NCBI GenBank assembly: GCA_977030845.1
Contig: OZ365109.1
Location: 15,934,001-15,998,000 of the forward strand
Source of the DNA: Fimbriosthenelais zetlandica
Lineage: Eukaryota
Direction of reading: 5' to 3'
Length of the DNA stretch: 64,000 nucleotides
Shown: in pieces, positions 51,801 through 63,800 of the stretch
Layout: every line of letters starts with the position of its first letter
Numbering within the stretch: the stretch's first letter is position 1
Made by a program: the position numbers and the translations under genes
The notes under the pieces: model-generated
The model's database searches: none
What the model was told of the DNA's origin: nothing
What the model saw: the letters and a program-made list of their open reading frames with translations, nothing else

Positions 51801-54800
51801 TAGTATTTAACCTAACCCTAAACTTCACCCTAACCTAACCCCTAAAACATATAACATATAATCCCAAAAGACCTAAACCTGACCTTCGTATCGCAGGGGC
51901 CTCGCGAGACTTGGCCGCCATCTTGGATCGGGCCCCTAAAGTGTAGTTGAGCCCATGATATATCGTGCTAATTTAGTACTTTTTGTACAGATATCAGATA
52001 AAAATCACCAATATTTTCTTTAAAACTCCAGCCTCCTGCCTCCTGGTCAGTAGCAAAAGATAAAGCGCCGATAATCATTCCTGTAGATGGGTAGGCATTG
52101 ACAATAATATCTCTTTGCCCATTCCTCAGCGTGATCGGCTGGGGGAAAAGAGTATCAGCACAAAATCAAATAAGGCCCAGAGGAAGAAATTACCGATCCT
52201 ATGTATAACTGCAATTTATACATTTAATACTTTAGGGTGCGTTTCTACTGCGGCGACAGCCACACGTACGCGACAATGTCGCACGACAATGACTGTGGCG
52301 CGAAAAGGTGCGACAGCCTGCTCCATTGTCGCTCTGTGTAGACGACACTGTCGCTCGACAGGCTACTCAACTGAAGCCTCCACTCATTTCTCTACGACAA
52401 CTGCCTCCATTGAGGCGACAAACCTGGCGACAAGCCGACCACAAGATTTTGCAGCGACAAATTTGTCGTCGGCATCTATCGACAAAGCCACGACAGCATT
52501 TTTTGTCGTTTCACTGTCGTTTACACCAGCGACAAGGTAGCGACAAGGCTTGTCGCCGCAGTAGAGTTTCACCGATATGGAGTGCCTATACATAACAATT
52601 TCTCACCATGATATTAGTAAGCGTCTCCCACTCAATAATATAGGAAGTAGGGTCACTGCACGAGAGGAGATCAGCGGACCTAGTTACCGTGTCTAATATT
52701 TCCTCATCTCCGCTAATCGGATCCTTTAATTTGATAGTAGCTTTTCTCTTCTCAATGACAAACTCAAATCTCTGGGAACGTGTATCCCCGACCTTCTCCG
52801 TCAAAATAATAGTGGCTGTATGACATGCCTGCAACAGCAGAAGTAACATCAATCATTCCTTAGTCAATTCGACCTGGTATCGTTTATGTCCTCATTGTTT
52901 CATTGCTAAAGCAAATACAACTTTTATGAACCACATTTTATGATAACTAATTACATTTTCATATACAATGTAATTGAAAATGATTACATGCCTGAACTGT
53001 GAATGGCAGCCGATTATCTCTCATCCTAAGCCAAAGGTTGCTAAACGCATCAGTGTCTGGGGGAGTTGTAATGGTGTAATACCTGTCTGTACAAACATTC
53101 ATAACACCTTGAAGATTATTGATAATTGGAGCATATACGTACAATACATATAACTATATGATACCATTATATAATAAGATATAATAGTTGGTCAACATTT
53201 ACAAAAAGACAGTGTAAAACGCGAGTGACAATTTTATAAGCTGAAATGTCAACGGAAATTTTAATAAATTGCCATTCATGTTCCAGTACCTTGTACTCGA
53301 GAGAAATCCCACAGACCATCTTCTTTATCAGTCATAATTCCTATAGCATGGACGGGGTGCTTGTACGTGTCGCTAGTGGCATCCCATGACAACATTGTGG
53401 CATAACTCACTGTGTTTCCAAGACCCAAGGATATCAGGTTGTTTTCCCAGCTCACCCACATGTATACACCTTAAATCGTCCCGAGCAAATGGTCATATTA
53501 GAAGCTAGGATATCATTATTTTTTAATCGTAAGAAAAAAATACTTTCATCTAATAAAATGGGTCTACCTCAGTAACACAACAAGAAGTCATTGCTGTTTC
53601 ATTAGATTTCGATGCTTAACAAGTGTCAAGTTATTTCACTCAGTTACAAACCATTATCGCCATTTAAGAAGTTGCCCTCCATTTGATCTTTCACGTTTCC
53701 GTCTATGTAAGATTTGATAACGGAATTCCCACCGTTCTGGTTGATCACTATTTCATAACAGTCATACGCAAGAATACCAACAAACTCGCAGAGAATAATG
53801 TGAACATCAGTAGAACACTTGAGCTTGAACACAAGGCTTTTCTCTTCGCCTCCAACACTCAGCCATTTTGAGTAGGTACTATCCCCCTTCTGTGTTGTTA
53901 TCAGTGTTCCCTTTCCTGTGGGGATTAGAATCTCCGAATAACATTATGAAAGAAATCATTAAAAGTCATGCAAACCAACAAAATGGAAGACACTTTCCCA
54001 AACACGTTCAAAGAGGCCTGAAATATAATAAATTCTAATCATAAACATACCCATTCTGCGAGAGAATTTCCAATCACTTTGGCTCTCAGCAGAGGCAGGT
54101 GTTCCCAGGGAGACCGTATTAACGGGTATCATATTATCAACAAAAACATACATGACAGAACGTCGCTGGTTACCACCACCCTTCAGCACTGTGATACTGG
54201 ATTCTGTCCATTCAACTGTGATGGTAGTAAATCTATGGCAGTGTACTAACAAGGGTGTTCTACTTCGGTAAATGGTTGAATTGGAAGAAAGTGGGTACCT
54301 GGAATGGAACAATGCTATTTTGAACAACAATGCTAAGTTGAACAGCAAGTGGAATGTAAGATTTGTTAGGCCTACTTTGCTTTGTCTAAATAGCCAACCT
54401 TGGGCTAATGTATTGTAAATGACTACTTGAGCTAATGTTGTATTGAAAATGACTACTTTACCACCGAGTCTTAAATAAAGATGTGTATCTTGTATCTTTT
54501 TAGTAAGGTCTGTCGGTGGAAGACAGCCGCGGATTTAGGGTGGGGGGGGGGGGGGGGGAGGGGGGCGCTCACACCCCCTATTTTTTGAGGGTTAACTTTA
54601 CCCTAACCCTAGGTTTTCAGCCTAGGGTCCACCCTAAACCTAACCCGGTGCCCCCCTCCCTTTGGAAAAATCCTGGATCCGCCCCTGGAAGAGTAATTAT
54701 GATACTAACTTGGTGATGGTAGAATTCCCATCAGAGAGGGAGATGACAAAAGCGGAGGACTTGTCCCACTCGTCAGAGGCTAGCTCATGACCAAGGTAAA

Positions 54801-57800
54801 TGTTGGCCGTTGGACAGGCCTTCACCTCCAGTTCCACATGGCCAGAGCTGGAGTACACCCAGACATCTCTGAACACCTCTTCCTGGGGCTGTGTACTAAC
54901 ATAGAATGTGTCACCTACAATATTCAAATAAGAATGTGTGGCCAAATTTAATTTTATATGTCTAAATCTAATCCTCAATAGTTATCCAGTGATGTGGGAA
55001 GCAAGAACTGATCTTTCTAAACATGATAAATCGCCCCAGAGTAAGAGATTCATGAGAGTCAGCCATCTCTAGCAAGTATGATGTCACAGGAAGTCGGTTA
55101 GCCAATCAGAATGGGGATGGGTATTTCCATTGTTATACAAATGAGGCGCCACTGAGCTAAAACTAGACTTTTACATGTCGCCCCGATGTGTAGAAAAATG
55201 CACCAACGTCTTCCTGATTGGCTAACCAACACCATGCGAGATCCTGTGATATCATTCATACTTGCTAAAAGATGGCTGATGTGAGACTGGATCGACTTAT
55301 CATGTTTAGGAATTGATTTCTCTCTACTGAGACATCAGCCAGCTACAATTTGTAGTGAAAACAACTCTCTAAGGTCAGAACTACCTAGGAAAATAACGTT
55401 ATAACAAGTGCCTGACATCCCTTTTTTCATATTTAACGCATGCTGGATTGGGGTAAGGGATTATCAGGGCATTCTGAACCTAAAATGAGGTATCATGAAT
55501 TTGTAAATGCCATCAATACTTACTGGCTATGTCAGGGATGTTCCATACAACAGTATTTCCGTCATTTCCTGATGAGAAACTAAGCACCCTTATGGGCTTG
55601 CCATAAATAATATGGGTCGACAGGAAGGTCTCAAAACCGACCTGCCGTCCATTTCCCACCTCCAAACCTTGATACCACCGTATCCAGAACCATTCACTCT
55701 TGCCACAGAACAGATAACGATTACCAATAGCCAGGTAATCTCCAGATAATCCATCCCTGAAAAATATATTGAAATATTAAATAAAAATCTCATTTTCTCA
55801 TAAATGATAAATGAACCCCAAGGGAAATAAACCAAAACATTGTGGTAATACAATGATGACTTTTCATTTGAATTTTAATGTATGTATAATATATCTACGA
55901 CATAGCTTTCAAGGGTGGAGTATGCGGACTGTATGAACTCCATTTGACTAAAGAGATATTGCTTTAGTACTTGATATAAGTCGATCCCGATCCAAGACCA
56001 ACCAGATAGGAGCCACTGGTTTGGTTTATACCATAGGTGAGTAAGATGAAAGCTTTACTGCAGGATTCAACTTGAAACACAAGGCTGTTGTCATTCTCCT
56101 CCACAAGCCAGACTTTATCAAACCGAGGATTCCCATCAATGACTCCCTCCGAAGGTGTATCAAAGGTGAAATAGTGCCCTGAGAAAAAGAAAACTTTTGT
56201 CTAACTACTATAGTGGATATTTGTTTCTGCACCACTGCACCAAAGAGGTTGGACAAGGCTAGTCCCAACACTGGATTTGCACATGAGGTGACCTTTAGTT
56301 GTAGTAGAAGTTGTAGTAGAAGAACGCAGCGCTTGGGTGCCGTTGTCAAACTGTTATGTAACTTACCTGACTAGCAAAGTTTCTGGGTCAAGGTGTGCAA
56401 ATAGATTATTACTATGTACATAAGATATCACTCACCCATTGAACGGGCAACACCCCACGATCCCTGCACACCTTGAGTTCCAAAAACAATTGAATGGATG
56501 TCTGGAAAATCTCCAGTCAGACGAAGAGCAACTAGTGGATTTACTCCAAGCACAATCCCTTTTCCAAAACTGATAGTGTCGTTAGCCTTCCATCTCAGCC
56601 AATAAATGTGATCCTTATTGCAATCCAAAACATCTGCAGTGGAAAAATGCGTCATTTACGATCGAATTCACCAAAATAAATATATGACAACACAGTTCTC
56701 TGAAGTTTGTGGCCTAAAGAGGAAATGATAATTATTATGTAACAGAGGTTATTCCACCCCAAATATTGTCCATCCATAGGATTAGTATAGGGGGGAAATA
56801 TGCAGTCTGGCGTGACATATTATGTCCAGAATTTGCCCTAGGGAAATACTGGTTGACCTAGTCAAATCGGCCCCAGTTAGGCCTCTGTAGGCCTGCAAGG
56901 TATACCAAAACCCTAATCAGGGCCCCACACTAAGAAGGAAAAAGACTCAAACACGTAGACGTCTTTCCATGCTGATTTCTCAATAATCTCCCCATTGACG
57001 TTGTATTTTTTCCGCGTGAAATGATTTAAACATTGCTTATAAAGGATCCTATGCCATTTTTAAGAAATTTATCAGAAGCAAAAGATGAAAAATTGACGAA
57101 ATAAAACTGTTAATATTTAACTACTATTTACTACTAGGACGACGGTTCTCGAACACAACCAATATAATCCATGGGGTACTTCCAACTAAACTGGGTGTGC
57201 ATGTTCGTGCTCAATGTTCACCGTCTTACTCTTCCTCAGCATTTTATGTTCAAAAAGACATCCTTTTAAAGACATTTATTAAACAAGGTGAAGTTACTGT
57301 ACTAAAAGCAACATTATAAAGCATCCATAGCAGATATGAAAAGTAACAATTTGATTTAATAGGGCATTCATTACATAAAACAAATCGTTTTCTTTAATAA
57401 AATATAGGGCCTAATATTAATTTTTCTAAAATTTTGCAACAAATCACCTCCCAAGGAGTAGCCTTAAATTTCTCACATTTTACTAAATTAATGCACCTTC
57501 GCGTGTCCTTGACATAGAGCCCGGGTATAGACTATATATTAATTATAGGCATCCACTTTGCTTTCAAGTACCTTGCCCCTACTCCCATACCCGGCGCCTC
57601 TTCAAACCGTGACCACTGATCTGTGAAAATTCCATTCAAACAATTATAACTCAGTGATTGGGTATCAACAACTTCCATAGCCTACAGCTTATTTTGCCTG
57701 GTCAACATAGAGAAAAAACATTGGGTCATTCAGTTAGGGTAAAACCACCACAGCATATATACGCCATAGACTTCCCATTCGCACACTGGACTACCCTGAA

Positions 57801-60800
57801 CAAGAATAGGATCTTTCAATGAAATTCTTCACTGAATGATTTATCCCCATTTCTTTTACAATTGCACGACGGTACGTCTATATTTGCAACAAGGATCTAC
57901 ACAATGTTTTTTTACTGCCATGCATCTTGTAAACCTGCTATTACTATATCCCTATAATACACATTAAATTAAATTTCAGTCACACACAATTTTCGACAAT
58001 GTTATAAACAATTAACCATGCCTATACAATCTCTTTTTCCCTTTTCTAGGCCTATTCTAACTCCACTCATTCATTTGACATTGCTCTAATATGATCTATT
58101 TAATTCAAGATAGTCTTTTTCCTACATATCGTATGGTTTACGAAAAAACAAAATCTAAAGTCTCCGTTGTATATGAACAATTTAAATCTTCAGTTGCATT
58201 TTATTTTTTAAAGAGGAGGCACTGTAATCATTGTTTTTTTAACTCACTTTCCATGGTCAATATCCACACATTGATTCCCTATATAATTGTCATATTCACT
58301 TAACCCACAGCAAATCTATTGCCTTTGCGTTTGATGACAATTATGTTACGAGACATTGTTATACCTACCAATGTCAGGGCCTGCATTTACAAATAAGTTA
58401 CTGATATTTGTTCCAGTTACAAGGGTATTTACTTGGCCTAACGGGTGACAGAAAAGATTATAATTAATTGTTTTGCATAAGTACTTTTGATAATTAGCAG
58501 ATGGAAATATAGGAATGAGTTGATTTGGTTGGTTTAATGAAATTCAGAAATGTTTCTCTTTTACCTATCATATTTAGGTTAGAATATACAGCCTATACTC
58601 ATTGAGGTTTAATGATGTGGTCTTATCTCCTTCTCTCTTTCCCCACCCTCTCCCCCTCCCCCTCCCCCCTTCCCCTTCCTCCCCCTTTCCCCTCTCTACC
58701 TGCACCATCCCTATGTGTTTCACAACTTCTCAGTATGATCTCTGCTTCTTACTTCAGATATTCTGTACTACTCTCTTGACCGCCTCTGATGACTATATTG
58801 TATGTGCCTTCAACTACTTAACCCTCAGTCTCACAACCTTTTCTATATATGAATTTAGTTCTGATATTCATGATCATTATCATACATATAAAATGCCATT
58901 CATGTTCATAACTCATGTTCAGCAGTCATCATTGTACCATTGGAATTGTATTGGCCAGAATTTGATTGCTAACAAATCCCTGGTACATTGCCCATGTCAG
59001 CAATGATTAAAATTAGTTGTCAAAATGTTTCTAAATAAATGTGAAGCGTTTTTCACTAAATGAGTATAAAGTTTTCCAGGCCCTTTCAGCGCTACATGCC
59101 TGAAAGCATTTATTTCTCTTTGCATTTTTGCATTAAAAGCAAGTATACAATTTCTTTACTATTTTTCTGAGTTAAATTGAGAAAGTTTCAACTTTGTGAG
59201 TTTTCTCTTGTTTCCTAGTGATTTTTCTTCTAGTTTCTGCTTTCACTACTTGAAATTTCATTGAAATTATATAAATATTTTTCACATCTCTAAGTGTTAT
59301 TTTGTCATTATATATATCATTATAACACTTGTAATCTCTATAAGAATCTAACATCTAACTCAAAATCCATTTTTGTAACTTTAGATTCATTAATGAAAAC
59401 ATGTCACAAATGTCTGCTCACACAAAACCCTACAGGTATGCACATGAGCGATACCGCCAGGTTCGCGTAGCTGTGCATACCGCCAATTCCCCAAAACACC
59501 ACTTCTTTTCACATTTTATTATAATTAGCCTCCATAGACACACACACGAAATAGCCTATGTCAATGGCTTCAGTTTGAAGTTCCACTGGTTAAGGATCTT
59601 GTTTTGTAGATTAAATAAGGTATATTGGCAGGTCTACATTGGTAAATTTTCACATGTGTCACAAGTACACAACAAACTTTAGGCCTACTATTGTAATATT
59701 TTGTCTGGTGGTTATTCATGTTTGGAAATGGTCATTCCTTGTATAATATGGAATCCACCATCATTATGCAGCATTATGTACCATGGGACTTCTTGGGTAT
59801 GCCTAGTACTATGTTTCTATCAAACATTTGCCCCACTTGGATTTTTTTCAAAAATAGACATGTAGAGATTCTAGTAGGCCTACTCAATAGACCTATATTA
59901 TACAGGATTTGTATAAAACAATTTGAAAATACTTTCTTCAATGGGCCAACAGAGTAGTTATGGTTTTCGGTTTCTTTATTTTGCATAATCAGCTGTCAGT
60001 TTATTATTCAGATCTATACAGATAGATCGACAAGCTCCTGTAACTGGACTGCCACCCTATTACCCTTGGTTGCATGAAGTGGGAGATTCATTGTGTCCTG
60101 TATTGTTGGGCCATTACTTTAAGTACCTGCACCTGTTGCAAAATAATTGGACATAGGCCTTAGATGAGAGTTTATAACTGTATAATAAGAAGATCCCAGT
60201 ATCTCTAGGTGCAGAATCCTTTGTGCATGGGTGTTAACCCCATCCCATGTCCTTCCCCATGTCTGACCAGTCACAATAAACACCAAGGTATCTATAGGTT
60301 CCACAGGCCTATTATGCTGGTTTCCTGTAATATTAATTTGCAATGGGAATACAATGATTTGGGGGTATTTTTTGTTGGTTGGGGTCAGACCTCGGGCAGG
60401 TCTGGGTAGGTAAGTCCCCGGTATGCACCAGGGCCATACCAGGGACCTACCACCACCCAGACCTCATACCAGGGACCTACCACCACCCAGACCTCATACC
60501 AGGGACATACCCCACCCAGACCTGCCCTCGGTTCTATCTATTTACACACCTGGAGTTTGTTCTGTTACACCTGGGATGTTCCCCGGACCATTGACTTTAA
60601 TAGAGGTCTCAGTGTTGATTTTTGAACCGATGGCTACGTCAAATGAGGTGACTTGAGCATGACCTTGGATGGCATTGACAGTGACAAGGGCGTCTGAACA
60701 TGCCCGCAACGTAAAGAACATGGAGTGATGGGCAGGGTTGATAGAGTAACTGTCAGTTGTGTCGCCCCTAGTTTCGAAAAGGTATGTGTCTCCTGCAACA

Positions 60801-63800
60801 GTTACAAAGGAAAGGGGATCAAGATTTAAAAAGTAAAGTGTACAACATAGTGAATCTGGTTCATGTATTTGCATAGAAGATGGAATTCCACTTACCTCCA
60901 TCGTTGTCATCGGGCAATTCCTGTTCTGGAACACAAAATAATATGGCACTAAGTGGTATATCATTTCTCAAAAAAGAATACACTTATGAGAGATAGCCAA
61001 CTTTGTCAGTTTTAAACAAAATTCAGACAACATACCCAAACTCCCGAATAACCATTCTCCTCTAACCCCTTCAGCTGTAGATAGCCCGATCGAATTGATG
61101 ATGTGTAATTCCTCTTCGGGGGACCACACAAGGAAAGGTTCCAGGCCCACTTTGTTACCAGTTCCCACCACAAGTTGGTTATCCAACCAGGAGATCCAGA
61201 AAAATCTCATCTGTGAGCAATCAAGGATGTGGGGTGTGCCAAGGAGTACTTCTGGATTTATAGACCATCCAGTTTTCTTCCGAATCATCGAGCGTCGATT
61301 GCTAGCTCCTCCAAGAACAATCTGCAAGCCAATTTCAGATCCTTAATATTATAATGCATACTTGAATTATTCTAGATACAAATGCACAGAACAGAACTTG
61401 AGACAATGGATTGACCTGTTTTTGAAAGCATTACCTCATAGGCCATGGAGTCACTGTTGCCTGGGATGGCAGCTAGGGCAAGGTGAGCGTTACTGCAGGC
61501 TCTCACCATGAAGCCGATTGATTGGCGACCAGTCACACTCACCCAATGCTGGTTATAAGCATATGTCTCTCCTGTCACTGCCATATAGCTCTCCTCTAGT
61601 AGATATATTGATAAAGCCTCCATCATTATAACATTATAACCATGCATGACTACTTATATATAATGCTTATAGGGGCCATGTCAAATGTTTTTTTTCTCCA
61701 AATTTAAGTCCTTTAAAACAGTAGGTGGTGGTCCGAGACCCACTTTAATTTGTGAAAAAAAACTGCATGGAAATCAGTTACCATGATTTCAGCTACTGTT
61801 TCAGCTACACTTTAAAATAGGAGGTGGGGTGCTGGTCTGACTCCAAATTAAAGGACTTAAATTTAGAAAAAAATTGAGATGGCCCCTTTCTGGACCATTT
61901 ACTTGATGTACTGTACAGGAGTCACATCAATTGCTCACATGAGGAAAGGTTGGTCCCTAATTTACAGGCACTGTCACCTCATTCAAGATACTATTGTGAA
62001 TATCTTACCAACGGTCTTTAGTGTGTAAATGTCTGCTGGGGTTGAGCTGTTACGCAGTTTTAAGTCATGCCGAACACATTTTACTATACGACATTGCGAC
62101 CCCGAGGCTCGATAGTTGATCGTACTGGCTCCCATTTGGCAAGCTCTTTCTTTACATCTCTGAATGGAATCTGGGCTAATTTGCACTATCTGGCATCCAC
62201 TTTCCAATCCATCCTCTATCGAATATGCCTTCTCGAAGCTATTATCACAGGGCTCTGGAAGGGGAAATAAAAAATATAATTTAAACAGGTAGTTCGATCA
62301 GTATACAGAACCTAAGTTTGCTGTTATCATTTGCTGGCAGTTTCCAGATGGTAGTTGAAATGTGCTTATACCATAGTATTGGTCGAACTCCCATTCCCCT
62401 TCACCGCTGCCAGTTGAGAAAGTGAGTGACCTAAAGAAGAAGGGTATGATGCCTGATCCTGGTTCTCTGAAAGGCCACTCCAACAAGGCCCTCCCCATCG
62501 ATCCACTATGACCTATACTGATTGTATCACCCTTCCAAGATATCCAGAATCTGAAATCAAAATACATCATTACATACAAGACTAACATAATTATATAAAG
62601 CCATAATAGGGAGTCAGGAAATAAGATAATAGTCAGAGGGATTAGCCATACGGTTTGAAGACTTCGCAGTCCAAAAGATGAGGTATCCTAGCTTTCGCAA
62701 CAACTGTCCCACCAATATAGTTTCGGATTTCAATCTAAAGAAAAGTAAAAGAGGGAACGATACTGTTGGCCGAATTATAAGTCAAATATCCTAAACGTTC
62801 TCGGATGTTATGTTATGCCAGTTCACTTTTCGAGCCAATACTATCTTTGGACACTTGAAATTATTATATCTTTCCGCCTACCATTGTATTGGAATAGCTC
62901 CCAATGATGATCTCAACAGCATCCTTAAACAAGTCTCCTAATGTCCCTGCTAGGGCTACACGAGCATCTGCGCATGCCCGTACACTGAAGGTCACATTAA
63001 GGCGGTTAAGCAATAACCAGCCATGTCCGTATTTGGCGTCATTGTGGGTCATAGCACGGAAAACATTGCCTGTAAAATAGTTTTTGGGGAATGTATAGTT
63101 TGGTTTAGTGCCCTTATAGTCATATGAGCCCTTAAGTCATATAAGGCCAAACTAAATTACACAATGAGTAGTACTTAGTAGCAAAATTGAAGAACCCTGG
63201 CTGAAGGCAAATATGGGTAGCCAATAGTACTGGGAAGGAGAGATAGCAAGCTCAAGTAATGATCATTGTCTTTTAACACATGCATAACATGGTACGTTAC
63301 AATTTTATTACATGTTGCAAGAGCAGCTTACCTCTGCTACGAGGGAAGTTCCAGATACCATCAGAACTGCCTCCCATTGTGATACCAACACTGGCCACAC
63401 GGTACGTGCCACCAGTATGATACGCGTTGAATATTACCCGGTGGTCTGGGTTTGGGCCCTCACCAAAGTTTACTGACTTGTTGGTGACTTTAAGCCAAAA
63501 TGTGTTGTATTCTGTACAGGAGAGTAAATCCTGAGTACCTTCCTCTCTAAGATATGGACCGCCGATGCCATCTCTTATCACAGTGTATCCATTTGCATTC
63601 TGTAATTGGAGGGCAATGATGGAATTATAATTATATTTCAGCTTTCCAAAAAGTGCTTCGCATAAGAAAGTTATACTGGAAATTTGTATTCTTTCTTGTT
63701 TAAGCCAGAACCTTTGAATTTTAGAATCTAAAGTACTAGGCTTCTTACTTGGATCTCAATTTCATACGTTTCTCTGTTTGTCTCAAATGGTACAGAAGAG

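Noticed and set aside
51686-51942. CCTAACCCTAA tracts as interstitial telomere (also ~54600-54645)
   Set aside because: Only 2-3 imperfect units, enclosed within inverted-repeat elements; a common internal motif of such elements rather than a fusion scar.
52115-52595. Overlapping GC-rich ORFs of 141, 95 and 69 aa
   Set aside because: They coincide with a CGACA-rich MITE, have no domain signature and overlap an intron of the minus-strand gene.
55680-55753. Apparent signal peptide MDYLEITWLLVIVICSVARVNG, suggesting a second gene starts here
   Set aside because: It is an alternative reading frame. The phase-2 splice from the 56.0-56.2 kb exon reads DGLSGDYLAIGNRYLFCGKSEWFWIRWYQG.., the second half of a FAMeT-like module.
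56026-56349. 107-aa ORF with a hydrophobic stretch (possible terminus or GPI signal)
   Set aside because: The true exon starts at the acceptor near 56180 in another frame (GHYFTFDTPS..LVFQVESCS..), which is a module first half.
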